DNA from: an archaeon
Lineage (GTDB): Archaea > Iainarchaeota > Iainarchaeia > Iainarchaeales > 1-14-0-10-31-34
Length of the DNA stretch: 15,655 nt
Direction of reading: 5' to 3'
Assembly (NCBI GenBank): GCA_043815885.1
Contig: JBDRIL010000033.1
Coordinates: 1 to 15,655, forward strand
Each line of letters starts with the position of its first letter. Positions within the stretch are counted from its first letter, which is position 1. Shown here piece after piece: positions 1-8,060 of the stretch. The position numbers were made by a program, and so were the translations under genes. The notes below the pieces were generated by a model, which had not been told where the DNA came from, ran no database searches, and saw only the letters and a list, made by a program, of their open reading frames with translations.

Positions 1-243
1 GCAATCGATAAAGAAGGAGGAAGATATTTAGCAGAACAAGACGTATTACACAATAAAGGAGAAGTAGGCCCAGACGGATACGGGGCATACGTTGACCCAA
101 TCTGGTGGATGGAAGTAGGCGGAGCAAGATACGGAGGAAAAGGAGGAGAATGTGGCGGACTCGCAATCGATAAAGAAGGAGGAAGATATTTAGCAGAACA
201 AGACGTATTACACAATAAAGGAGAAGTAGGCCCAGACGGATAC
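1..243 (+). repeat. Exact 81-bp direct repeat (1-81 = 163-243), period 162 bp / 54 aa, in frame
   Basis: GCAATCGATAAAGAAGGAGG...CCCAGACGGATAC occurs at 1-81 and 163-243 and encodes AIDKEGGRYLAEQDVLHNKGEVGPDGY twice. Confidence 0.95.
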
Positions 244-3200
244 AGTTCATGTGATTTATTGACAAAACACCTAAGTGATTGTAATAAACTCCGCGAACAA
301 GAATACCTCCAATATTTCGGAGAAAAAGAAAACAAATTAGAAGGAATCATACTTTTATTTAAAAAAGCAATCGAAAAAATTTGGTTCTTAGACTTAATTG
401 ATTATGTGGTTTTCAAAGAAAAACAAAGTATAGAAGAAAATACTGTTGATAAAATAAAAACTATATTCTTTGGCGGGTTATTTCCTTCAACCGATGGCCC
501 GTATGTTTCTCATATCTTTATTCCTTGGTATGATAGATGCCATAAGCTAGATGGCTATGAAGATTTACAGCGAAACCCATTTGAAGAAACACGCGTAGAG
601 TTAGACATCGTTAGCAACAGGCAGAATTTGTTATTAAATGCATATGATTTGAGTGGAGACAGATACTATTATGCAGAGCAGTCATGGATGCATATATGGG
701 GGCAGGGACACGAAAGGCATAATCTGGATTGGGATATTACCTGCCCAAGAGGATATGAAATTGTTCCAGAAACAGTAAAAGGAGAAGAGTATGGAAGAGA
801 TGACTGCGAATACCTTGTACCAGATATTTATGAGAATTCAGTTCATTTCAATGGAAAATGTACTGGAAAGTATTGGTGTGACTTTGGAATAGACATTAAA
901 GGACAGGCAATGTGCAAGCTGGAGGAATGGGATGGAACAGGAAGGGTTCCAATTAAATTCGAGATTACTGAAAATAAGATGAAGACACAACTTAATGCAG
1001 GACTGCCTGTTTACACTACCTTCAATATTTACGCAAATAAAAGAATAGAGGAACTGAGTTCAGGAGGAACAACACTGCCTGTTGGAGACATTAGAGTTGA
1101 ATTCTCAATTCCAAAAGAACTTGCATTGCCTGATGTGGATTTAAATATATTTGACTGTACTGGAGCAGGATTCAAGGATGGAAGAACAGGAGAAGGAGCA
1201 CTGCCAAAGATTAATTTAGCACAAGGAAAGGGATGGTTGTGGGAGGACGTTCCAGTAAATGCCTGCGACCAGGACAACCCAGAACACGTATTCTGTGATG
1301 CAACTCAATTCAGCACAGAGTTAATGCAGAGAATACAGGTCTTGGATGAGTTTTTGAATGAAAATGGTTATGTCTTTGAATGCCCGGAAAATGAATTAGA
1401 GGAAACGCTGAGTGAAGGCAGGTATTATTCCAATACGACTGCAACTGAAGGATTAGAGGAAGGAGTGGATAGTGGAGAGATTGGAATCGATGATGTGATA
1501 ATCAGTACAGGAATACTTGAGGATGGAAGCAAGAATACGCATGTAATAGTTAGAGTTCAGAATAGAACTAATGAGGAAAAGAGTGCAGAGATTGATGTAA
1601 CAATTACAAATGAAGATGAAGGATATAGTGAAACATGCAAGAAAGACTTTGCAGCAGGAATTCCTGCAGCTGGAGGAGAAAGTGAAGGGGCAGGGATTGA
1701 TGCTGAAACATGTGACTTCTATGACTTAGAGCCAAACGATACTGCATATGAAGCAGAAATCACTATTACTTCAACTGGAATAGTTAACCCAGAAGAAGTT
1801 ACTGTAAACTTTGTTGTAATTGAAACAGAGCCAACTGTATTTGAAGGATGCCATATTCCGGCAGGAACTGCGGAAGTCGGAGGAGTATTTATACCAGAAT
1901 ATTGGCTGGATAAGGATGGTCCATACGGAGATTTGGTGAATCAGGACAGCTTTGAAACAACTAATGAAGTAAGAGATTTGGATGACTTATATAATTTGAC
2001 TCACTTCAATGCATTCTTAATGCAGGATTCATATACTACTGACTTCCAGAAAGACTTCCATGACGCAATGACTAAGACTAATTTCTTTGATGCACCGGAA
2101 TACTACAGGAATACAACTGATGGATTAGGAAAGTATTTCTCTGATCCAAACAGGTTTGCATTCTCAGTGGAGGACTCGGATTCAACAAGGCTTCCGGCAC
2201 CAGGGCTTTACAGAGTGGATATAGATGTATGGTTTAGCGAGGACTGGAAGTTCTTTGATTCAGGCGGAGATCCATTAGGAGTAATAATTATAAGGCTGAA
2301 CAGGCTTGCTTCAAGGGACGAGCAAATGTCTGCCTTTTACTATCTGCCGTTTGATGGAAGAGTTGGATTGGAAGGAAGCACTTATAACAGGCAAGGTTAT
2401 GGAGTGGCTTATTCCAATTATGCAATGAATTTACTGCAGGGAGAAGAAATCAGTGAAGTAGTGAAGACTTATTCTTCTGCTGAATCAAATCCATTCATGG
2501 AAATGGATGTAGAATTCGAGCAGGACTTCAGGAATTTGAATTCAGAGTTAGCTTCAAGAGGAGATGTATTGAAGATAAGTGGGGCAGGAACAGGGCAAAA
2601 GAAAATGGTGTTCTCTCCTTCAATTGGAACTCCGGTAATGCTGAAAGTAGAGAATCCGGAAGGAAATCCAATAAAGGCATTTTATAGGTTAATGGAAGAG
2701 GGAAGGATTGGGGAAGCAGGAAGCACTTTAAGCTACTGGGATGGAGCAGACAAGTTAGAGTGCAAGGACTTTGACGGAACATTCCTGTGGAATAAGTATT
2801 CAGTGACTGATACAAAGGCTTCTTCTCTGGACTTGAGAGAGGGAGTGAATATAAAGGATTACAAGCTGGAATGGGATAATGTGAATTATCAAGGAAATGT
2901 ATGGTATAAGAGTATGTTCTATACTCCGACAGAGGAATTATATGCATTGCATACTGTTTCTCCTACAAGCAAAATGACTTTCTATTCCCCTTCAGTTGTA
3001 TCTGGAGGAAGCAGTGTTACACTGAATGGAGTGAAGGGGTCGAGTGGAACAGAATACTTCAATGAAATGAATTCATTGAACAAGATATTTGATTTAGTGA
3101 GGGAAGGAAAGATGTGTATTGCAGACAATGGAAGGACAGTGGATATATTCTGGAATGAAAAGGCATTGTATGAAGATGACTCCTCTGGAAAGAGTGTAAG

Positions 3201-3258
3201 CGATATAGAGGAAGGAATCAATTCAGGGCAGGCTCAATGGAGCTGCATTACCGGCTGA
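1..3258 (+). CDS. Very large acidic, Cys-rich putative secreted/cell-surface protein, 5'-truncated (frame is open from base 1)
   Basis: Frame 1 has no stop from base 1 to TGA at 3256-3258; ATG109 is probably internal. The product is D/E/G/T-rich with many Cys and beta-sandwich-like segments (e.g. THVIVRVQNRTNEEKSAEIDVTITNE). No C-terminal TM helix. Function is inferred from composition only. Confidence 0.8.
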   Translation, partial: AIDKEGGRYLAEQDVLHNKGEVGPDGYGAYVDPIWWMEVGGARYGGKGGECGGLAIDKEGGRYLAEQDVLHNKGEVGPDGYSSCDLLTKHLSDCNKLREQEYLQYFGEKENKLEGIILLFKKAIEKIWFLDLIDYVVFKEKQSIEENTVDKIKTIFFGGLFPSTDGPYVSHIFIPWYDRCHKLDGYEDLQRNPFEETRVELDIVSNRQNLLLNAYDLSGDRYYYAEQSWMHIWGQGHERHNLDWDITCPRGYEIVPETVKGEEYGRDDCEYLVPDIYENSVHFNGKCTGKYWCDFGIDIKGQAMCKLEEWDGTGRVPIKFEITENKMKTQLNAGLPVYTTFNIYANKRIEELSSGGTTLPVGDIRVEFSIPKELALPDVDLNIFDCTGAGFKDGRTGEGALPKINLAQGKGWLWEDVPVNACDQDNPEHVFCDATQFSTELMQRIQVLDEFLNENGYVFECPENELEETLSEGRYYSNTTATEGLEEGVDSGEIGIDDVIISTGILEDGSKNTHVIVRVQNRTNEEKSAEIDVTITNEDEGYSETCKKDFAAGIPAAGGESEGAGIDAETCDFYDLEPNDTAYEAEITITSTGIVNPEEVTVNFVVIETEPTVFEGCHIPAGTAEVGGVFIPEYWLDKDGPYGDLVNQDSFETTNEVRDLDDLYNLTHFNAFLMQDSYTTDFQKDFHDAMTKTNFFDAPEYYRNTTDGLGKYFSDPNRFAFSVEDSDSTRLPAPGLYRVDIDVWFSEDWKFFDSGGDPLGVIIIRLNRLASRDEQMSAFYYLPFDGRVGLEGSTYNRQGYGVAYSNYAMNLLQGEEISEVVKTYSSAESNPFMEMDVEFEQDFRNLNSELASRGDVLKISGAGTGQKKMVFSPSIGTPVMLKVENPEGNPIKAFYRLMEEGRIGEAGSTLSYWDGADKLECKDFDGTFLWNKYSVTDTKASSLDLREGVNIKDYKLEWDNVNYQGNVWYKSMFYTPTEELYALHTVSPTSKMTFYSPSVVSGGSSVTLNGVKGSSGTEYFNEMNSLNKIFDLVREGKMCIADNGRTVDIFWNEKALYEDDSSGKSVSDIEEGINSGQAQWSCITG

Positions 3259-3259
3259 G

Positions 3260-3276
3260 TAATGCAAAAACTATTT
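3260..3276 (+). repeat. Left copy of 17-bp direct repeat TAATGCAAAAACTATTT flanking the TA module
   Basis: Identical to 4167-4183; extends to 19/20 nt (GAGTAATG... vs GAATAATG...). Confidence 0.9.
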
Positions 3277-3294
3277 CTAAGGGCAATAGATAGC

Positions 3295-3351
3295 TTTAAA
3301 TAACATTCACTACGATATTGTATACGAAAGCAACGTTTGTATACAAGGTGA
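3295..3351 (+). promoter_or_regulatory. TA operon promoter: TATA box, palindromic operator and RBS
   Basis: TTTAAATA at 3295-3302; TTGTATACGA (3318-3327) and perfect palindrome TTGTATACAA (3337-3346); GGTGA at 3347-3351 just before ATG3356. Confidence 0.65.
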
Positions 3352-3355
3352 TTTT

Positions 3356-3646
3356 ATGAGGGTTATTACCACGAGAATGGATGAAAAAGATGTAAAAGAT
3401 TTAATTGAAATAGAAAAAGAAGAGAGGGCTGAAAGAGCGGAAGTAATTAGAAGATTGTTAGGAAAAGCCATTAAGGAATGGAAAACCCAGAAAGCATTGG
3501 AAAAACTCAGAGAACACAAGATTTCTCTGAGAAAGGCTTCTGAGTTTGCTGGAATTTCTTACATTGAAATGCTTGATTTGTCCTCTAAGGCTGGAATCGA
3601 CACAGGTTATTCCTTAAAAGAACTCGAAAGAGACCTCAAAAGATAG
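3356..3646 (+). CDS. Antitoxin: N-terminal RHH/CopG-like domain + UPF0175-like HTH domain
   Basis: MRVITTRM...RAEVIRRLLGKAI is RHH-like; ALEKLREHKISLRKASEFAGISYIEM matches the UPF0175 pattern; lies directly upstream of a PIN gene. Confidence 0.85.
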   Translation: MRVITTRMDEKDVKDLIEIEKEERAERAEVIRRLLGKAIKEWKTQKALEKLREHKISLRKASEFAGISYIEMLDLSSKAGIDTGYSLKELERDLKR

Positions 3647-3659
3647 GAAGGCGCACTTA

Positions 3660-4160
3660 ATGGTTTTTGTTGATTCCTCTGTACTGATTCATTTGAGTAG
3701 AATAGGAAAATTGAACCTACTAAAAGAATACTTCAAAGAAATAAAGATAACTGAAGATGTTTTTGAAGAGACAGTAGTTAAATCAGGGGAAGTTGCTGGA
3801 AAGATCGAAATAAAGAGAGGCTGTGATAAATGGATAAAAATAGAAAAGCCAAAAAATGCGGGAAGGGTAAGAGAGCTAAGCAGAAACAATTTAATCAGCA
3901 AAGCAGATGCATCACTAATTGAATCCGCGAGAGAAAGAAAAGAAATACTGCTTACCAACGATTATTTACTGATTAAGGTTGCAAGAAGCTTTGGAGTAGA
4001 ATGCTGGTGGCTGACGACCTTTATTATTAAATGCAGGGAAAAAAATGTTTTGACTAAGTCAGAAACAAAGAAGATAGTTATTGATTTAATTGAATCAGGA
4101 ATGCGGCTTAATATAGAAGTTTATACAAGGATTGAAAAAATAATTGATGAAATGAAATAA
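3660..4160 (+). CDS. vapC: PIN-domain (VapC-like, DUF3368-type) toxin ribonuclease
   Basis: VFVDSSVLIHL, VFEETV, ISKADASLI and LLTNDYLLIKVARSFGV carry the PIN acidic residues; the C-terminal extension is typical of DUF3368. Confidence 0.85.
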   Translation: MVFVDSSVLIHLSRIGKLNLLKEYFKEIKITEDVFEETVVKSGEVAGKIEIKRGCDKWIKIEKPKNAGRVRELSRNNLISKADASLIESARERKEILLTNDYLLIKVARSFGVECWWLTTFIIKCREKNVLTKSETKKIVIDLIESGMRLNIEVYTRIEKIIDEMK

Positions 4161-4166
4161 TGCGAA

Positions 4167-4186
4167 TAATGCAAAAACTATTTAAA
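4167..4186 (+). repeat. Right copy of the 17-bp direct repeat, overlapping a BRE/TATA-like motif (AAAAACTATTTAAA) upstream of the membrane operon
   Basis: TAATGCAAAAACTATTT at 4167-4183 continues as AAAG, forming TTTAAA. Confidence 0.8.
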
Positions 4187-4260
4187 GAAGGAAAGCTTAT
4201 TTTATAAACAGGATGAATTACACGCTGTTACTTGTATTGTTCTCTATAACTGATGAGATA

Positions 4261-4599
4261 ATGAAATGGGAATTCTTTAGTGACATGAATTTTGTCTTGA
4301 AGATATTTGTATTGTTAACAATAATCAGTTTTATTAAAATGAATATTGGGACAGGGGCATTGGGGATAATTTTGATGGCAGGGATTTCTTATTTTGTTTT
4401 ATTTGATTTATGGAAACTGTTCGGAGGAATATACTTAATGTATATGTTATTGTTTTTGGGCTTGAGCCATATTCTTGTGGATTTCTTTTTTGTCAGCGGG
4501 GGCCATGAGCCAACACCAGAAGAAGCAATGCGGGGGAAAGGGGGAATGCACGGACAGGGAATGGCGCATACTGCATTAAGAGGAATGAGGAGAAGATGA
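4261..4599 (+). CDS. Small multi-pass membrane protein (paralog 1) with Gly/Met/His/Arg-rich tail; start uncertain (ATG 4213, 4261 or 4285)
   Basis: About 3 hydrophobic helices; core IISFIKMNIGTGALGIILMAGISYFVLF is shared with the next two ORFs. Confidence 0.8.
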   Translation: MKWEFFSDMNFVLKIFVLLTIISFIKMNIGTGALGIILMAGISYFVLFDLWKLFGGIYLMYMLLFLGLSHILVDFFFVSGGHEPTPEEAMRGKGGMHGQGMAHTALRGMRRR

Positions 4600-4600
4600 A

Positions 4601-4921
4601 ATGAATGAAAAAGGAATTCACTTAATATTCATTATTCTTGGATTGTTCTTGATTCTGGCAATACTTCCAACCATTACAATGTGGTTATTCCCTCAGGCAA
4701 GAATAATCCTTCAAATAATCCTTATCTTCCTGCTTTACTCAATGGTTAGGTCATATCTTGGTTCAGGGATACTAACTATAATAATTTCGGGAATACTAAT
4801 CTATATACTGGTATTCAAGTACCCGGAATTTACTGCTGGAGCATACATACTGTATGTGGCTGCAACACTAATGGTTTCATCAGTAATAATCTGGGGAGCA
4901 GCAATGTTTTTGAGGAAATAA
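4601..4921 (+). CDS. Small multi-pass membrane protein (paralog 2)
   Basis: 106 aa, about 4 hydrophobic segments; core LYSMVRSYLGSGILTIIISGILIYILVFKYPEF; 1 nt after the previous stop. Confidence 0.85.
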   Translation: MNEKGIHLIFIILGLFLILAILPTITMWLFPQARIILQIILIFLLYSMVRSYLGSGILTIIISGILIYILVFKYPEFTAGAYILYVAATLMVSSVIIWGAAMFLRK

Positions 4922-4923
4922 AT

Positions 4924-5172
4924 ATGGGATTTATTTTAGGGGCATTCGAGGCATCAATCTGGACAGCAATCTCCTTATTTGCACTTGTATGGATTTATTC
5001 ATGGGCAAAAGGCAATTTAGGTTCAGCGAAACTAGCCATAATTTTTGCAGCAATAATAGTATACCTTACATTCTATCAGTTCCCTGAATTGGTTTGGTTG
5101 TTTGTGGCTTTATTCCTTTTTGCCACCTTTGGAAAGGAGTTATTTGACAGAGTATATATTTTCAAGCCGTGA
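4924..5172 (+). CDS. Small multi-pass membrane protein (paralog 3)
   Basis: 82 aa; core IYSWAKGNLGSAKLAIIFAAIIVYLTFYQFPEL; 2 nt after the previous stop. Confidence 0.85.
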   Translation: MGFILGAFEASIWTAISLFALVWIYSWAKGNLGSAKLAIIFAAIIVYLTFYQFPELVWLFVALFLFATFGKELFDRVYIFKP

Positions 5173-5178
5173 TAATGA

Positions 5179-5499
5179 ATGGATACATTTACCTTTCTCC
5201 TGGCAGTAATATTCCTGATGATGGCAGTGCAATGGCAGCAGAATTGGCTAGTCATAGCAATAGTAGTAATAATGATTCTCTATATGCGTTCAATAAAGGC
5301 AACAGTAGGGCTGATAATTGCGTTGGGTGTACTATATATATTAAGAGATAGCATAGCTGAATATGCGTTATATATTATCATTGGGATGGTTATATTGGCA
5401 CTGATTATTGGCTTTAAGGAGAAACAAGCTGAACCAGAATACTATTCCCCTGACATGCTTGGAGGATTAATGGGCGGAGGCATGGGAGGAGGAATGTAA
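5179..5499 (+). CDS. Small membrane protein with short hydrophobic helices and a GGM-rich C-terminal tail
   Basis: Hydrophobic over about the first 78 aa, then EPEYYSPDMLGGLMGGGMGGGM; operon spacing of 6 nt. Confidence 0.85.
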   Translation: MDTFTFLLAVIFLMMAVQWQQNWLVIAIVVIMILYMRSIKATVGLIIALGVLYILRDSIAEYALYIIIGMVILALIIGFKEKQAEPEYYSPDMLGGLMGGGMGGGM

Positions 5500-5889
5500 T
5501 TGAATAAGCTTGTTTCAGTACTCCTGCTCATAATAATTGCATTTATTGGATATGAAATGCAACTGGTTTGGGTAAGCATTATAGCAGTACTGCTTTTAAT
5601 ATTCATTGTCCTGGGTTCTGTTTTAAGGGGAACAGCAAGGGCTGGATATGGCATAGCAAGAGAAGGAACAAGGGACATGATGAATGACATGGAGGAAGCA
5701 GAGCCAAAGCCTCCAGAAGGAGAGTACCTGGCAGAATTAACAGAGGAAGCAGCAAAGAAGTTCCCTGAATTAAAGGAAAGCCCAGAAAACAGATGGACGA
5801 TAGACCATAAAACGCAAAGAATACACAAAGGCTCAAAGGGACTGCTTGAAGGAATACAGAAATTATTCAGGAAAAAGTTTGTGGATTAG
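5500..5889 (+). CDS. Membrane-anchored protein: N-terminal hydrophobic hairpin + charged/amphipathic helical region (TTG start)
   Basis: Starts immediately after the previous TAA; two hydrophobic segments, then a charged region ending in amphipathic GLLEGIQKLFRKK. Confidence 0.8.
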   Translation: MNKLVSVLLLIIIAFIGYEMQLVWVSIIAVLLLIFIVLGSVLRGTARAGYGIAREGTRDMMNDMEEAEPKPPEGEYLAELTEEAAKKFPELKESPENRWTIDHKTQRIHKGSKGLLEGIQKLFRKKFVD

Positions 5890-6383
5890 GATTTCTTGTT
5901 TATAAGGCTTCTATTGGTTTCCAATACTTTCTTCATTATTGAATGAGTGGCATTAGTTGATGCCTTTATTTCAGATAATTCTTTTTTCATTTCAGTGAGT
6001 TCCTTTTCCAATTCATTCATTTTCTTTATTATTTTTTCTGCATAAAGGCTTTGGTCCTTGAGTCTGCCTATTGCAGCCTTAACTGAATCCATCTTGGAAT
6101 GGAATTCATCCAGTTTTGCGCTGTGTTCGTCAAGCTTTAAGTGAGTGGAAGTTTCTTTCAGTTCATCTGTCTGGTTTGTTTCTGCGGAAGCTTCCTCTGG
6201 CTCAGGGGTTTCTTCTTCTGGTTCTTCCTCTTCTTCTGGATTTGATTCTGCTTTTGCAATCAATTCATTTATTTCTTCTTCCTTTAAACCCAGATCAATC
6301 AAAGCAGACTTTATTATGGAATCTTCTATTCCTGAGGCCTTCATTTTCTTAATGGTTTTAAGAACCACTTCTTCGTTCACCAT
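5886..6383 (-). CDS. Soluble protein: N-terminal small helical domain, acidic linker, C-terminal coiled coil
   Basis: 165 aa; TIKKMKASGIEDSIIKSALIDLGLKEEEINELI helical motif, EPEEE linker, heptad-rich C-terminus; stop overlaps the convergent gene. Confidence 0.8.
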   Translation of the reverse strand: MVNEEVVLKTIKKMKASGIEDSIIKSALIDLGLKEEEINELIAKAESNPEEEEEPEEETPEPEEASAETNQTDELKETSTHLKLDEHSAKLDEFHSKMDSVKAAIGRLKDQSLYAEKIIKKMNELEKELTEMKKELSEIKASTNATHSIMKKVLETNRSLINKKS

Positions 6384-6543
6384 AAAAAATCATTCAACAA
6401 TCAAGTGCTTTCGAATAAATTACGCGCTTTAAATTAATAAATGTATTCGTTTAATTCAATTCATTTTTTGAGACAAAAGTTATTAATAAGATTTAGCATA
6501 TTATATTAGACAATTAATTAATTTGTTTAAAGGTAGAGTGAAA

Positions 6544-8058
6544 ATGGATTTCAAGTTAAGGGAAGGTCCCTGGAACAAGTTATTTCAGGGAAACTATCAG
6601 GGATTTGAGGTAGAGATTCATTCAAATCCTGAAAGCGTTCTGATTGTAACAGTGCTTGAAAGAAAGAAGGAAAAAATAGAGGGAGCAGTCATAGAGTTAT
6701 TCAAGGTATTTGCAGTTGAAGGAGAGCTGGAAGACTTTGTGGATACCTTTCCAAGAGAGGCAATGGTTTTAATAAAACACGAACCAAAGAGCAGCCTCAA
6801 GTATTTCTTGGTTAGCAGTACCCCGAGCTATGCAAAGTACAAGGAAGAAGAGTTTTGCAATGAAACAGAGAAATTACTGAAGAAATTGAAGGAAAGCGCA
6901 AGAACAATAAAGGATGTAAGCAGGGCATATGATTTGAGCCTGACTGAATTGCATGAAGCAGGAGAAAAATTCAGGGCAGCATTCTTTTCCCAGCCATTAA
7001 TGGCTCCACTGATTACTCCAACAGCAAGAGAGGAAACAGGTTATGAGCCAATAGATTTAAGCGAAAGAAAGAGGATAGGAAAGGGAGAAGTTATTCTGGG
7101 GGTTACAAGAGGCAATGTAGTGGTAAAAGAGCCACTGGAATTGCTTTGCAGGACAACCATCTTTGGTTCAACTACATTGGACAGAAAACACGCAATACAT
7201 ATAATTGCTGAAGGCGGACTAATAAGCAATGTAGCTGTAGTATTGTTTGACTGGGATGAATCATTTAATGGACTGAATACGCCTTCAAATGATTTGGCTT
7301 CACTGCAGAAGTACAAGGTGAACTTTGAGCCAATAGGTTTTCCTATAAGAGACTTTAAAGCAATGGACTTAAAGGTTGACTTGAATCTGATTAGTGTTAG
7401 CGGAACAATGGAATTATTTGGAGTGAGAGGAGAAGAAGAAGCAAAATTCATTACCAGTTTAATTAAGGAAGGAAAAGTGGATTCAATTGAAGAGTTAGCG
7501 AAAAGAGCACGTAAATCCCAGTTACTGGATGAATCAAAGGCAGGAGTTAAAAACAGAACAATAAGAATCCTGAGATTAATAGATTTAAGGCACCCAAAAC
7601 TGTTTGGAGGAAAAAACGAAATAAATGAAATCTCAAAGAACTGGGCGAAAGCGATTGGCAGGGCAGGAATCATTCATTTAGAGGGAATAGAAAGAAGAGC
7701 AGCAACACTCTTAATCCATAACCTATTGAAAGGAATCTTTCTGCACTATGATGCAATGAGGAAAACCAAAGGAGTGAATGCACTGATTTTACTGCCTGAA
7801 ATAAAAATTATTCTTTCGGCAGAAAATCCAAGCTTAATGGAAAAAGAAATAATGGAGTTATTAAAGAAATTCAAGGAAGTAGGAGTCTGCTTTGCTCTGA
7901 GCAGTGACCGTCCAGGGGACCTGCTTAGAGAGGTAATAACCCTGAGTGAAACAGAGATATTCATTCTCTCAAGAGCAGATGTAGGCGTGAGAATGTCCCG
8001 CTCAAAACAATACAGGATAATGATGCGGCCTGGATTGAGCCAGTGCACGGAAAAATAG
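6544..8058 (+). CDS. HerA/VirB4/FtsK-superfamily (DUF87-like) P-loop-fold protein with degenerate catalytic motifs; start probably ATG6544
   Basis: Motif order VILGVT...RTTIFGSTTLDRKH...VAVVLFDWDESFNGL...LILLPEIK...KKFKEVGVCFALSSDRPGDL...VITLSETEIFI mirrors the HerA-family pattern (Walker A, hhhhD, Walker B DEAH, RK-G-hhhh-sQrP). Confidence 0.75.
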   Translation: MDFKLREGPWNKLFQGNYQGFEVEIHSNPESVLIVTVLERKKEKIEGAVIELFKVFAVEGELEDFVDTFPREAMVLIKHEPKSSLKYFLVSSTPSYAKYKEEEFCNETEKLLKKLKESARTIKDVSRAYDLSLTELHEAGEKFRAAFFSQPLMAPLITPTAREETGYEPIDLSERKRIGKGEVILGVTRGNVVVKEPLELLCRTTIFGSTTLDRKHAIHIIAEGGLISNVAVVLFDWDESFNGLNTPSNDLASLQKYKVNFEPIGFPIRDFKAMDLKVDLNLISVSGTMELFGVRGEEEAKFITSLIKEGKVDSIEELAKRARKSQLLDESKAGVKNRTIRILRLIDLRHPKLFGGKNEINEISKNWAKAIGRAGIIHLEGIERRAATLLIHNLLKGIFLHYDAMRKTKGVNALILLPEIKIILSAENPSLMEKEIMELLKKFKEVGVCFALSSDRPGDLLREVITLSETEIFILSRADVGVRMSRSKQYRIMMRPGLSQCTEK

Positions 8059-8060
8059 GG

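Noticed and set aside
1..243. Diversity-generating retroelement template/variable repeat pair
   Set aside because: The copies are identical with no adenine-specific mismatches, are in-frame tandem units, and no reverse transcriptase is in the window.
4261..5889. Small membrane genes as A/V-ATPase c subunits, Mrp/Mnh or energy-converting hydrogenase subunits, or class III pilins
   Set aside because: No conserved intramembrane carboxylate in a c-subunit context, no large antiporter or hydrogenase partner genes nearby, and no class III signal peptide motif.
6544..8058. Pseudogene, or canonical HerA of the herA-nurA-mre11-rad50 operon
   Set aside because: The reading frame is intact and full length, and none of the repair partner genes is adjacent.
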